NCBI GenBank assembly: GCA_041659685.1
Contig: JBAZXV010000002.1
Span: 39,527 to 103,526 of the forward strand
Direction: 5' to 3'
Source: Parcubacteria group bacterium
Lineage (GTDB): Bacteria > Patescibacteriota > Minisyncoccia > Moranbacterales > UBA11712
Length of the DNA: 64,000 nt
A model generated the notes under the pieces. It saw only the letters and a program-made list of their open reading frames with translations, did not search any database and was not told where the DNA came from. The position numbers were made by a program, and so were the translations under genes. This document shows, piece after piece, positions 19,314-29,612 of this stretch (the first letter of the stretch is position 1; each line of letters starts with the position of its first letter).

Positions 19314-20798
19314 ATGCCCAAAATATCGCTTAAAGAGCTGGAGTCTTTTCTTTGGAAAAGCGCTGATATTCTTCGAGGAAAAATCGATTCCAGTGATTAT
19401 AAAAAATACATTTTCGGACTGCTTTTCTATAAGCGGATAAGTGATGTTTGGCTTGAAGAGCACGAGGAGTTTGCGAAAGAATATAAAAACACGGGCGCGG
19501 AAGAAGAGCCTTTTCACCGCTTCCAACTTCCCGAAGACGCACGCTGGGAAATTATTCAAAATGCTTCGCAGGAAATTGGCGTGAAACTCGACAAAATTTT
19601 TGACAAACTCACCAACGCCAACAGCCCGAAACTCGACAAAATTTTCGACGACCTCAACTTCGCTGATGCCGACCGCTTCCCGAACGATGTTCTTCAAAGA
19701 CTGATAAACCATTTTTCGCAATACAATTTCGGAAACACCTATATCAACTCGGACATTCTCGGCGACGCTTACGAATATCTCATCAAGCACTTTGCCGCCG
19801 ATGCGGGCAAAAAAGGCGGCGAGTTCTACACCCCGCGCGAAGTGGAGCGAGTAATAATCCAAATTTTGAAGCCCCACGAAAAAGACCATATCTATGACCC
19901 CACTTGCGGAAGCGGTGGTTTTTTATTGGAAGCCTATCATTTCGTCAAAGAAAAATACGGCAAGGAAGCGACGAGAAAAATATATCTTTATGGGCAGGAG
20001 ATGAACATCGGCACATACGCCATCGCTAAAATAAATATGTTTCTTCACGGGCTGGACGGCTCGGATATCAGGCGAGAGGACACTTTGCGAGAACCGCTTT
20101 TTAAAGACGAACTGGGCAACCTCAAGACTTTCGATATTGTCGTAGCTAATCCACCCTACTCAATCAAAGAATGGGCGCACGAACTTTTCGAAGCCGACAA
20201 ATTCGGCAGAAAAGACGGCTTTGACACCCCGCCCAGAAAAAACGCCGACTATGCTTTCGTCCTTCATATGATTGCCTCACTCAACAAAAACGGCAAAGCG
20301 GGAATCGTCCTGCCGCACGGCGTGCTTTTCCGAGGCGGAGCGGAAGGAAGAATCAGAAAACAGATAATCGACAAGGATTTGTTTGAGGCGATTGTGGCGC
20401 TTCCAGCAAAACTTTTCTATGGCACGGGCATTCCCGCTTGCATTTTGATACTGAATAAAAATAAGCCGAAGGAGCATAAAAATAAAATCTTGTTCATCGA
20501 CGCGGAAAAGGATTATCTTGAAGGCAAAAATCAAAATAGCTTGCGGGAGCAGGACATTGAAAAAATCATCAAAGCCTTTGACGGCTACAAGGATATTGTG
20601 AAATATGCGCGTGTTATCGGCTATGAGGAACTGAAAGAAAATGATTTCAATCTCAATGTGCGGCGTTATGTCGAAAATGGCGAAGATGAAGAAAAAATTG
20701 ATGTGAAAAAAGTTTGGGCAGAGCTCAAGGAGCTTGAAAAAGAGCGGGAGAAAATCGATGGGGAAGTGGCAGGGTTTATAAAAGAATTAGGATATTGA
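19314..20798 (+). CDS. hsdM: Type I RM methyltransferase subunit
   Basis: GEFYTPR, DPTCGSGG, ANPPY. Confidence 0.95.
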   Translation: MPKISLKELESFLWKSADILRGKIDSSDYKKYIFGLLFYKRISDVWLEEHEEFAKEYKNTGAEEEPFHRFQLPEDARWEIIQNASQEIGVKLDKIFDKLTNANSPKLDKIFDDLNFADADRFPNDVLQRLINHFSQYNFGNTYINSDILGDAYEYLIKHFAADAGKKGGEFYTPREVERVIIQILKPHEKDHIYDPTCGSGGFLLEAYHFVKEKYGKEATRKIYLYGQEMNIGTYAIAKINMFLHGLDGSDIRREDTLREPLFKDELGNLKTFDIVVANPPYSIKEWAHELFEADKFGRKDGFDTPPRKNADYAFVLHMIASLNKNGKAGIVLPHGVLFRGGAEGRIRKQIIDKDLFEAIVALPAKLFYGTGIPACILILNKNKPKEHKNKILFIDAEKDYLEGKNQNSLREQDIEKIIKAFDGYKDIVKYARVIGYEELKENDFNLNVRRYVENGEDEEKIDVKKVWAELKELEKEREKIDGEVAGFIKELGY

Positions 20799-20799
20799 A

Positions 20800-21057
20800 A
20801 TGGGAAAAGATTATAAGCTTGAAATATCGGAATCAATAAAACTTGACGACTGGTCAAGAAATTTAGGCAAGTCGGGAGAAAAAGTTAAAGGTAAGCCCAA
20901 AAGGGAAATTGAGCAATATGTCGGGAATAGAGATAAGAACGTCGTTTCGGAATTTGAAAGATTGAGAGAAAAAAACAAAAAAACGAAAGTGATTCATAGG
21001 TTATGGAGAAGATTTGGGAATATTTTCAAAAAAGTTCACGAACACGAAAAAGAATAA
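20800..21057 (+). CDS. Small basic hypothetical protein
   Basis: ORF tightly packed in the hsd operon. Confidence 0.55.
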   Translation: MGKDYKLEISESIKLDDWSRNLGKSGEKVKGKPKREIEQYVGNRDKNVVSEFERLREKNKKTKVIHRLWRRFGNIFKKVHEHEKE

Positions 21058-21066
21058 ATTAACAAT

Positions 21067-21564
21067 ATGTCGGACGATAATAAAAATACTAAAGATGAGG
21101 AAATAAAAGAAAGAATAAGAGATGAAGATTTCAAAGCTTTGTGTAAGCAAAGAGAATCTCTTGATAAAGCGAGAATCCAAATGTCCAATGTCTTCGACAA
21201 GTATCTTCTAACTTTTTCGACTGGTGGTTTATTTTTGTCGGTTAGTTTCACAAATACGATTATAGGGAATGAAATAAACCAGAAGAATCTTTTGTCTATA
21301 GGCTGGATATTTTTGATAGTATCAATAATTTCAGTTTTATTTTCTTTCAATTTTAGTGAATATGCTCACGAAAGGCATATACAAATAGTCGATGCTCTTA
21401 TCAAAACCAAACGAAAAAAGAATAGCGAAGAAGGAGTGAATATAATTGTGAATATGGAAAATTGTTGGAAGAAGCCCTTGTTTATTTTTAGGTGGCTTGC
21501 GATTTTTGCTTTTATAAGCGGGATAATAATATTAAGCAGATTTTATTTCTTAAACATAAAATAA
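21067..21564 (+). CDS. 3-TM membrane protein
   Basis: FDKYLLTFSTGGLFLS plus hydrophobic helices. Confidence 0.7.
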   Translation: MSDDNKNTKDEEIKERIRDEDFKALCKQRESLDKARIQMSNVFDKYLLTFSTGGLFLSVSFTNTIIGNEINQKNLLSIGWIFLIVSIISVLFSFNFSEYAHERHIQIVDALIKTKRKKNSEEGVNIIVNMENCWKKPLFIFRWLAIFAFISGIIILSRFYFLNIK

Positions 21565-21746
21565 TGACAAATCAACCAAACGAGAAAAAAAGACCGACGG
21601 AAGAGCCTAAACCAGAGCCCTCCATCCCAGAAAGAGAAATTCCTGATTCTCCTCGCAGAGGGAGCGAACCACTCACGCCTGGAAGAGATGATAAAGGGCT
21701 GAATCCAAATGACATTTTTCCCGTTGAGGGAGGAGATAAAAAATAG
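21564..21746 (+). CDS. Short Pro/Glu-rich disordered peptide (60 aa)
   Basis: ATG overlaps upstream TAA; stop lies 4 nt before the hsdS ATG. Confidence 0.5.
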   Translation: MTNQPNEKKRPTEEPKPEPSIPEREIPDSPRRGSEPLTPGRDDKGLNPNDIFPVEGGDKK

Positions 21747-21750
21747 ATTT

Positions 21751-22989
21751 ATGTCAAAAGTCAGAGAAAAGCTAAAAGAAGAATGGATAAGAGTAAAGCT
21801 GGCAGATATAAGCCAGATAAAGAGAGGAGCATCTCCAAGACCAATTGGCGACCCTCGATATTTTTCAGATAAAGGAAGAGGTTGGATAAGAATATCCGAT
21901 GTATCAAAATCATATAAATATTTGAAAAGAACTAAACAATATTTATCTGAACTAGGAGAAGAGAGAAGTGTGAAGGTAGACAGAGGAGATTTAATTATGA
22001 GTATATGCGCTACGGTTGGCAAACCAATAATGATAAAAATACCAGCTTGTATTCACGATGGTTTTGTTTTGTTTGACAAATTGCATAAAAAAAAAGTTGA
22101 TACAGAGTTTCTTTTTTATGCTTTGCTAAATTCCGAGAATACATTTTTAGGAAGCGGGCAAACTGGCTCACAGAAAAACCTAAATACTACAATCGTAGGA
22201 AATACAGAAATTTTATTGCCTCCTATTTACAAGCAGAAAATAATCGCTGAAATTTTATCGAAGGTTGACGAGGATATCGAAAAAACGTGTGAGGTGATAA
22301 AAAAGTCGGAAAAAATAAAGAAGGGTTTAATGCGAGAACTTTTTACAAAAGGAATCGGACATAAAAAATTAAAAAAAACAAAATTGGGAATGATTCCTGA
22401 AGAGTGGGAGGTTTTATCACTAGGGGAAATGGGAATCTTTTCAAAAGGAAAAGGAATTTCAAAAAAAGAATTGATACCGACTGGTTTACCCGCAATACGA
22501 TACGGGGAAATATATACCAAGCATAATTTTATTATAAAAAAGTTTTATTCTTTTATATCTAAAAAAACAGCAAGTGAGAGCATTTCTATAAAAAAAGGCG
22601 ATATTCTGTTCACTGGTTCAGGAGAGACTCCAGAAGAAATTGGTAAATCTGTTGCATATTTAGGTGATGAGAAGGCGTATGCGGGGGGTGATATTATTAT
22701 ATTTTCGCCAAGTAAAGGCAACAGCCTCTTTTTGAGCTACCTCTTTAACAGTCCTTTGGTTAGAAATGATTTAACGAAATTGGGTCAGGGAAATTCAGTA
22801 GTGCATATGTATAAGGGGCTTCTGGAAAAAATAAAAGTTGCTATACCAAATATTGATGAACAAAATAATATCGCTGGAATCATTTCAAAGATTGATGAAA
22901 AAATTGATGGGTATAAAAAAACAAAGTCTAAACTTGAAACCCTCAAAAAAGGATTGATGCAGGATTTATTAAGTGCAAAAAATTTATGA
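21751..22989 (+). CDS. hsdS: Type I RM specificity subunit
   Basis: Two TRDs with conserved Q..IA.I...D..I...KKGLM..L repeats and IPEEWEV. Confidence 0.93.
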   Translation: MSKVREKLKEEWIRVKLADISQIKRGASPRPIGDPRYFSDKGRGWIRISDVSKSYKYLKRTKQYLSELGEERSVKVDRGDLIMSICATVGKPIMIKIPACIHDGFVLFDKLHKKKVDTEFLFYALLNSENTFLGSGQTGSQKNLNTTIVGNTEILLPPIYKQKIIAEILSKVDEDIEKTCEVIKKSEKIKKGLMRELFTKGIGHKKLKKTKLGMIPEEWEVLSLGEMGIFSKGKGISKKELIPTGLPAIRYGEIYTKHNFIIKKFYSFISKKTASESISIKKGDILFTGSGETPEEIGKSVAYLGDEKAYAGGDIIIFSPSKGNSLFLSYLFNSPLVRNDLTKLGQGNSVVHMYKGLLEKIKVAIPNIDEQNNIAGIISKIDEKIDGYKKTKSKLETLKKGLMQDLLSAKNL

Positions 22990-24053
22990 AGAAGTATTTA
23001 TTCATCGATACAAATATATACATTCAGTGCTGCTTATTGGAACTAGAAGGAGATAATCTGGACACACTTAATGATTTAGAGAAGCTGTTGGAAAAAAATA
23101 AAGTGAAATTATTACTGCCCGAAGTGGTTGAGTTGGAATTTTACAAAAGGATAGAAGAGAAGATGGAAGAACTTAAAAATAAAATAGGAAGTTATAAAGA
23201 AAGCATCAACAAGGGAGATTTGGATAAAAAGATAAAGAAAGACCTGATAAAAAAATTGGGCGAGTGTATGAAGGATAGGGAAAAGAATACCGAAAAGGTA
23301 AAGAAGAAAATGGAAGAAATTTTTGAAAACAAAAAGTTTACAATCAAAAAGAATCTAGAAATAAACGAAAATAATTTAATAAACTCATACAAAACATTTT
23401 TATCTGGGAAGAAGCCATACAAAAAGGAAGGGAAAGGAGAAATACAACCAGATTGTTTAATTATTGAAACACTCGTCTCGTTCTTCAATGGAATCAGAAA
23501 ATACGATTTATTTTTTTGTAGTTCCAATAAAAAAGATTTTGCTCAACATCAAGGTGATAAAAAAGATTTGATAATTCATAGCGAAGTCGCAAAAAGATTC
23601 AAAAACATAAAATACTACGAAAATTTGTTCGAACTATTAAATGCAGAATTTGGTGGACAATATTCGGAGGAATCGATAAAGGAATTGAATGAAAAAGAAG
23701 CGGATATTTTTTATACAAAAAGTCCGTCCATAGATGCACTTGCGAGCATTAGAGGAACTGAATCGCCTACGAGATTAGGGGGCTTGGCTGATTATTACAA
23801 AGAGTGTCGGGCTTCTTTTGCAGATGTCAATAACGGAATAATACCCAATTCCGCGGCAATGAGAACTGGTAAAGATTCTTTGTCTCTTTTTGATGCGTCT
23901 TGTGCAATTCCCGAAGATAGTTTTCATCACGCTAGTTTTCGCCTAATGCCGCTAAAACGCTGCAAGAAATGTGGTGAATCATATGAGATTGGAGAGAATC
24001 GTTTGGTAGACGACGGATTATGTGATAAGTGTAGGAATAAAGGGTTAATGTAA
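22986..24053 (+). CDS. PIN-domain protein (DUF4935-like) with C-terminal zinc finger
   Basis: FIDTNI, EVVELE, PDCLI, SSNKKDF; CKKC...CDKC. Confidence 0.75.
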   Translation: MKKYLFIDTNIYIQCCLLELEGDNLDTLNDLEKLLEKNKVKLLLPEVVELEFYKRIEEKMEELKNKIGSYKESINKGDLDKKIKKDLIKKLGECMKDREKNTEKVKKKMEEIFENKKFTIKKNLEINENNLINSYKTFLSGKKPYKKEGKGEIQPDCLIIETLVSFFNGIRKYDLFFCSSNKKDFAQHQGDKKDLIIHSEVAKRFKNIKYYENLFELLNAEFGGQYSEESIKELNEKEADIFYTKSPSIDALASIRGTESPTRLGGLADYYKECRASFADVNNGIIPNSAAMRTGKDSLSLFDASCAIPEDSFHHASFRLMPLKRCKKCGESYEIGENRLVDDGLCDKCRNKGLM

Positions 24054-24073
24054 ATTTATTGAACGAATAAAAA

Positions 24074-24937
24074 ATGAGCGATGAGTATATGGGCATACAA
24101 GAATATTTAGATAAAATAAAAGACGAATCAGAGGAGCGTTTCAATAATTTTGATATTGAGGAAATTGGTAGCAAAAGCATTAAATATATTTCTGACAACG
24201 CGTATCTAGAAAAACCAGTATGGTTAGGAGGAGACAATAAATATGTGTGTTTGTTTATTGATTTAGATAATTCATCAAAACTATCTTTCAAAAAACATCC
24301 AGCAACAATGGCGAAGATTTATGATTATTTTACTCAAAATATAGTCAATATTATGAGTGAAGGCGGTATAAACGCTGATTATATCGATATAAAAGGCGAT
24401 GGCGCGTTCGGGATATTTGAAGGTGAAAATGCTGTTTGGAAAGCTTTATGTTGCGCAGCTACTTTTAAAACATTTTTTGATAAGTATATTAGAAAAAAGT
24501 TCCAGACTGATTCGGATATAATAAATTGTAAAATGGCGATTGATATAGATAAAATACTGGTTAGAAAGTTGGGTAAAAAGGGGGATAAAAATAATAATGA
24601 GGTTTGGGCAGGCAGGGTTGTAAATAACACTGCAAAGATTTCCTCTCTAGCAAACGAAATTTACGATAAAGATGCGGGGATAAATAAAAATAGCAGAAGC
24701 TTGGTAATAATATCGGATAAAATTTATAGCAAACTTTTTGAAAAGCAAAACTACACGATAATCAGTTGCGGTTGTGATGGAAGCGGCGTTAAGACAAATA
24801 AAGCCAATATCTGGAGGGAATACAATTGTAGCGATAATAATAATGTAAATTGTGAAAAAGTATATTATACATCAACTCAATGGTGCGATATTCACGGAGA
24901 CGAATATATGAGTGAAATTTTGAAAAAAAATAATTAA
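24074..24937 (+). CDS. Class III nucleotide cyclase (PycC-like) 1
   Basis: LFIDLDNSS, KGDG, WAGRVVNNTAKI. Confidence 0.82.
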   Translation: MSDEYMGIQEYLDKIKDESEERFNNFDIEEIGSKSIKYISDNAYLEKPVWLGGDNKYVCLFIDLDNSSKLSFKKHPATMAKIYDYFTQNIVNIMSEGGINADYIDIKGDGAFGIFEGENAVWKALCCAATFKTFFDKYIRKKFQTDSDIINCKMAIDIDKILVRKLGKKGDKNNNEVWAGRVVNNTAKISSLANEIYDKDAGINKNSRSLVIISDKIYSKLFEKQNYTIISCGCDGSGVKTNKANIWREYNCSDNNNVNCEKVYYTSTQWCDIHGDEYMSEILKKNN

Positions 24938-24945
24938 ATATAACT

Positions 24946-25656
24946 ATGGGATTAAAAGAGGAGATTACGGAAAAAGTAAAAGGTTATATGGGCTCTGCCT
25001 ACGAAATTACTGATGGCAATGTTATACCCGACAAGCAAAGCATTGGTTTTGGCGCAAAAGCGAAAAGATTAAAACACGCAATAGTTATGTATGCTGATTT
25101 GAGAGGTTCGAGGGGGATATTATCTGATAATACCAAACTATTAACCTGTAGAGCGCACAAATCTTTTTTATATGCCGCTGCCAAGTGCATAAGAAATGAA
25201 GATGGTCATTTGAGAAGTTTTAACGGCGATAGCTTATTGGCATTTTTTATCGGAGAAGATGCCGCGAAAAGAGCTGTTAGAGCGGCAATGAAAATTAAAT
25301 TTGCTGTTGTGAAAATCATCAATCCAATTTTAGAGGAAAAGGGAAAGAAAAAATTAAATTTTGGAATTGGTATCGGGCAGGGAGAAATTATGGTTGTTAA
25401 GAGCGGAGTTCCTGGCGAAGAAATGTATCAGGATTTGATATGGATTGGATGGGCGACATATCACGCTTTTGAATACGGCGACAGAGCAAGGTCTCCTCGG
25501 AATATCTGGATTTCAAAAAATGTCTATAAAACTATAGAGGATGATAAGAGCTTGACTCAATCTAATGGAAAAAGTATCTGGGTTTATAATGACGACCAAG
25601 AATTTTCTTTTGGGAAAGTTAGAGTATATAAAACCAGTTATCACTGGAATATATAA
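24946..25656 (+). CDS. Class III nucleotide cyclase (PycC-like) 2, lacking the Asn/Arg(Lys) pair
   Basis: MYADLRGS, RSFNGDS, GIGIGQG, WIGWATYHAFEY. Confidence 0.82.
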   Translation: MGLKEEITEKVKGYMGSAYEITDGNVIPDKQSIGFGAKAKRLKHAIVMYADLRGSRGILSDNTKLLTCRAHKSFLYAAAKCIRNEDGHLRSFNGDSLLAFFIGEDAAKRAVRAAMKIKFAVVKIINPILEEKGKKKLNFGIGIGQGEIMVVKSGVPGEEMYQDLIWIGWATYHAFEYGDRARSPRNIWISKNVYKTIEDDKSLTQSNGKSIWVYNDDQEFSFGKVRVYKTSYHWNI

Positions 25657-25658
25657 AT

Positions 25659-26120
25659 ATGGAGCAACTGAAATTTATTCACAACACAATAATACATTGG
25701 ATAGACAAGACTGATAGCAAAGCGAATATAATACTCGCCTTGAAGCTTTTTATTTTGGGATATTTTTTGAAGGAGTTTCATATTCAAGATGTGGAGAAAT
25801 TTAAGCAATTTATTCTATTCATTTTTTTCTTTTCGTCTGCTCTATCATTCTTTTTTGTATTGAAAATAGTATATCCAAAGCTGTCTACGGGAGAGGCAAG
25901 TTCACTTCTTTATTTTAAGCATATTTCAGATAAATACAAATTTAATAAAAAGCAGGGAGCAGCTGACTACAAAAATCTAACCCCAGATAAATTAGAGCTA
26001 GATACTATAAATCAAATAATTTCGTTATCTATTGTCGCAACCGAAAAATATAGAGATTTACAAAAAAGCATTATCCTTTTATTTGTGGAAGTTATCTCGT
26101 TAACTATTCTATTTTTATGA
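25659..26120 (+). CDS. Pycsar-type transmembrane effector (PycTM/DUF5706-like)
   Basis: WIDKTDSKA, 2 TM, YPKL...SLLYFKHI, QII.LS..A..KY, final TM. Confidence 0.8.
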   Translation: MEQLKFIHNTIIHWIDKTDSKANIILALKLFILGYFLKEFHIQDVEKFKQFILFIFFFSSALSFFFVLKIVYPKLSTGEASSLLYFKHISDKYKFNKKQGAADYKNLTPDKLELDTINQIISLSIVATEKYRDLQKSIILLFVEVISLTILFL

Positions 26121-26127
26121 AATAATT

Positions 26128-29049
26128 ATGCGTTTCAACGAACAGCACACAATCGAAAACCACATAATCAAATACTTCAAAAACGATTTGAAGTATGAAT
26201 ATGTAAAGCCTGATGAATTTGCCGAACTTCGCGAATTTGAAAATGAATACCTTATAACCCCGCTTTTTCAAGAATCAATCAAAAAACTCAACGGCATCGA
26301 GGACGACAATCTCGTTCAGCTTCTTGTGAAAGAACTCAAGAAAATCGACAACAATGAGGAATTTCTGAATGCCTTGCGAAACGGCATAAACCGCAAAGAC
26401 CCGAAGACAAACAAGAAAACCGACTACAAAGTCATCGATTTTGAAAAGCCTGAAAACAATCGTTTCATCATCACCAACCAATTCTATTTCGAGGGCAACA
26501 CCGAAAACATCCGCCCCGATATGATGATTTTCGTGAACGGCATTCCGATTGCGGACATCGAAGCGAAAAGCCCCACGGCTTCGGCGAGCGTGAGCTGGGA
26601 AAACGCCGTCGGGCAAATCAAGCGATACGAGAATGTCGCCCCGCGCCTTTTCATCCCTAACTGCTTCAATGTCGCGACTGACGGGACGGAGGCGGGCACG
26701 AGATATGGAGCGACAAATTCGCCGATTCAATACTTTTTTCAATGGAAAGACGAAGAGAACGCCAAGAAATTTGCGGGGAATCTGGAACTTGCGCTTTGGA
26801 ATCTTTTCGACAAAAGCCAGCTTCTCGACATCCTTAAGAATTTTATCGTCTTTGAAAAAGAGGAAGGAAAAACTATCAAGAAAATGTGCCGCTATCAGCA
26901 ATACCGCGCCGCCAACAGAATCCTTAAGAGAGTGGAGGATGGGAAAAAAAGAAAAGGGCTCATCTGGCACACGCAAGGGAGCGGAAAATCTTTGACAATG
27001 TTTTTCACGGCTTGGAAACTGCGCTATGCCGAGGGGCTCAAAAATCCCAAGGTTTTCATTTTAGTTGACCGCATTGACCTGGACGACCAGATTCACGACA
27101 CTTTCACAGCCTGCGGTGGGAAAAATATCATCAGAATCACTTCAAGAAAAAAACTTGAGGAAAAAATTACCAATGACGAACGGGGAATTTTCATCACAAC
27201 CATTCAGAAGTTCGCGGAGCTGGGAAGCGGCGTTCAAAACGAGAACAGCAATCTCATCGTGCTTGCCGACGAAGCCCATCGCACGAACGAGGGCATTTCG
27301 GGAATCAACGCCCGCTTTTCCTTTCGGGACGCTTTTTGGTTCGGCTTCACGGGAACGCCGATTGACAAGACGACTCTCAACACGCATCGCAATTTCGGAG
27401 AAGAGGGAGAGCGGTATTTGGACTACTATTCAATCCAGCAGGCGATTGACGACGGCGCGACGCTGCCCGTATATTTTGAAACAAGACTCTCGAAATATTT
27501 CATAAACGAAGAAGAATTAGACAAACAATTCGAGGAACTCACGGCGGGGCTTTCAGAAAAGCAAAAAGAAGAGCTCAAAAAAACGCACGGCAAAAAGGAA
27601 GCCATCGTGAAACTTGTGAAAAGAATCAGCGCTATCGCGACCGACATTGCCGAACACTACAAAATATATGTCCTGCCGAACAATTTCAAGGCGCAAGTGG
27701 TTTGCTACGACAAAGAGGCGTGTTTGATGTATAAAACGGCTCTCGACAAAATCATTCCTGAAAACTGGTCAAAAATTATCTATTCCACGGGCGACCCGAA
27801 TATTGAAGATTCTGAAATAAAGAAACACTACACCGCCAAAGACCAGCGCCGAAATATTATCGAGGCTTTCAAGGACAAAAACCAAGAGCCGAAAATCCTG
27901 ATTGTCTGCGATATGCTTCTCACGGGCTTTGACGCACCCATCGAGCAGGTGATGTATCTCGACAAGCCGCTTTTCGACCACAGCCTCTTGCAAGCTATCG
28001 CAAGGACGAATCGGGTATATCCAAATAAAGGCTGCGGGAAAATCATCGACTATTACGGCATTACGCGAAGTCTTGAAAAAGCCCTGGATTTTGACGAGAG
28101 CATTCTTGATTCGGCGTTGATTGACATTGCGCGGCTCAAAGAGCAGTTCAAGCAAAAACTCAAAGAATGCCTCGACTTGTTCGGCGGCATCAATATCGAA
28201 GACCCGTCCCTTGAGAACTTGCGGCGGGCTTTGCGGATTTTCGCCGACAACAAAGACAAGCAGAAACTTTTTGAAAATCTGTTCGCGAAAATCAAGCTGA
28301 TGTTTGAGATAATCTCGCCCGACCCGTTTTTGAAGCCGTATATCCGCCAAGTGGAATGGCTTACGAGTTTCAGCCTCGCGTATAATCGGGAGTTCAAAGC
28401 GCCGACCGAGGAAGAAATACGGATGGAAGAATATGGCGAGAAAATCAAGCAGCTTATTCAGGAAAAAGTGGATTTGCAAGGAATCATCAGAACTTTCAAA
28501 GAAATCAGCATCACGGATTTGTATCAGATGAAGCAACTTGAAAAAATGGAAGCCGAAGACAAGGCGCGGGCTCTTGAGAAAATGCTCAAGAGCGAAATAT
28601 CGATAAACATCGAAACCAACCCGACCTATCACAAATTCAGCGAGCGGCTGGTGAAAATCAAACGGGACTTCGAGGACAATCAGATTGATTTGGACAAAAA
28701 AATTCAAGAGCTTTGGAAATTGCGGGAGGATTTGGTGGACAAGCGGGATGAAGCCAAAAAACTGGGATATAATTTACAGGAATACGGCGTGTATGTGATT
28801 TCGCAAGAGTTTCTCGAAAACATTGAAACGAACAAAGAAATAAAGCCGTTCATTCAGGATATGGTGGAGGCTATCACCGAAACTCTCGACAAGGGCTGGC
28901 AGGAATCCTCAAAGCGGGAGGAGTTCGTGAAGGAAATTAAGCGCAAACTCACAAAACTTATTCTCAAAGATTACAAAGACAAAATTCAGGTTCGGGATTT
29001 TCCGAAATATATCAACAGGATAATAGATGTTGTTCAGCGAAAATTTTGA
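26128..29049 (+). CDS. hsdR: Type I RM restriction subunit
   Basis: RPD...EAK, WHTQGSGKS, DEAHR, TGTP, TGFDAP, QAIARTNR. Confidence 0.95.
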   Translation: MRFNEQHTIENHIIKYFKNDLKYEYVKPDEFAELREFENEYLITPLFQESIKKLNGIEDDNLVQLLVKELKKIDNNEEFLNALRNGINRKDPKTNKKTDYKVIDFEKPENNRFIITNQFYFEGNTENIRPDMMIFVNGIPIADIEAKSPTASASVSWENAVGQIKRYENVAPRLFIPNCFNVATDGTEAGTRYGATNSPIQYFFQWKDEENAKKFAGNLELALWNLFDKSQLLDILKNFIVFEKEEGKTIKKMCRYQQYRAANRILKRVEDGKKRKGLIWHTQGSGKSLTMFFTAWKLRYAEGLKNPKVFILVDRIDLDDQIHDTFTACGGKNIIRITSRKKLEEKITNDERGIFITTIQKFAELGSGVQNENSNLIVLADEAHRTNEGISGINARFSFRDAFWFGFTGTPIDKTTLNTHRNFGEEGERYLDYYSIQQAIDDGATLPVYFETRLSKYFINEEELDKQFEELTAGLSEKQKEELKKTHGKKEAIVKLVKRISAIATDIAEHYKIYVLPNNFKAQVVCYDKEACLMYKTALDKIIPENWSKIIYSTGDPNIEDSEIKKHYTAKDQRRNIIEAFKDKNQEPKILIVCDMLLTGFDAPIEQVMYLDKPLFDHSLLQAIARTNRVYPNKGCGKIIDYYGITRSLEKALDFDESILDSALIDIARLKEQFKQKLKECLDLFGGINIEDPSLENLRRALRIFADNKDKQKLFENLFAKIKLMFEIISPDPFLKPYIRQVEWLTSFSLAYNREFKAPTEEEIRMEEYGEKIKQLIQEKVDLQGIIRTFKEISITDLYQMKQLEKMEAEDKARALEKMLKSEISINIETNPTYHKFSERLVKIKRDFEDNQIDLDKKIQELWKLREDLVDKRDEAKKLGYNLQEYGVYVISQEFLENIETNKEIKPFIQDMVEAITETLDKGWQESSKREEFVKEIKRKLTKLILKDYKDKIQVRDFPKYINRIIDVVQRKF

Positions 29050-29606
29050 TGAAAAGGCAAATCAAGCTCAAAAACAAGCAAGTCGAATATCTCGTGCGCA
29101 AAAGCCAGCGAGCCAAGCGGTTGCGCCTCGCGGTTTATTGTGATGGGAGTTTCGTCATCACCGTTCCGCAAGGACTGGATATACCGCGCGTCGAGGAATA
29201 CATTTTACGAAAAGCCGAGTGGGTGCTGGAGAAACTCAAGATAATGAAGAAGCGAAGCCGAAACGCCGCATTCGCAAAGCACAGCAAACGGGACTATGTG
29301 AAACTCAAAGAAAAGGCTTTGAAAATCGCCGAGCAAAAAGTGGATGAGTTCAACAAAATCTACGGATTCAAATTCAACAAAATTGCCATCAAGAACCAGA
29401 AGACCAGATGGGGGAGCTGTTCAAAGAAAGGGAATTTGAATTACAACTTCAAAATTGCGCTCCTTCCCGAAAAACACGCCGACTACATCATCGTTCACGA
29501 ACTGTGCCATTTGAAAGAGTTCAATCATTCGCGGAGATTTTGGAATCTCGTCGAACGATTAATTCCCGATTTCAAGGAGAGGATAAAGGAGATAAAAAAT
29601 TTGTAA
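29049..29606 (+). CDS. M48/SprT-like (YgjP/DUF45) metallohydrolase
   Basis: RWGSCS, HELCH, NHS..FW; usual hsdR neighbour. Confidence 0.9.
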   Translation: MKRQIKLKNKQVEYLVRKSQRAKRLRLAVYCDGSFVITVPQGLDIPRVEEYILRKAEWVLEKLKIMKKRSRNAAFAKHSKRDYVKLKEKALKIAEQKVDEFNKIYGFKFNKIAIKNQKTRWGSCSKKGNLNYNFKIALLPEKHADYIIVHELCHLKEFNHSRRFWNLVERLIPDFKERIKEIKNL

Positions 29607-29612
29607 AAAAAT

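Noticed and set aside
27769-28707. 312-aa minus-strand ORF and similar antisense ORFs (19269-19889, 26275-26976, 54502-55194, 55794-56552)
   Set aside because: Shadow ORFs opposite well-supported genes; no motifs.
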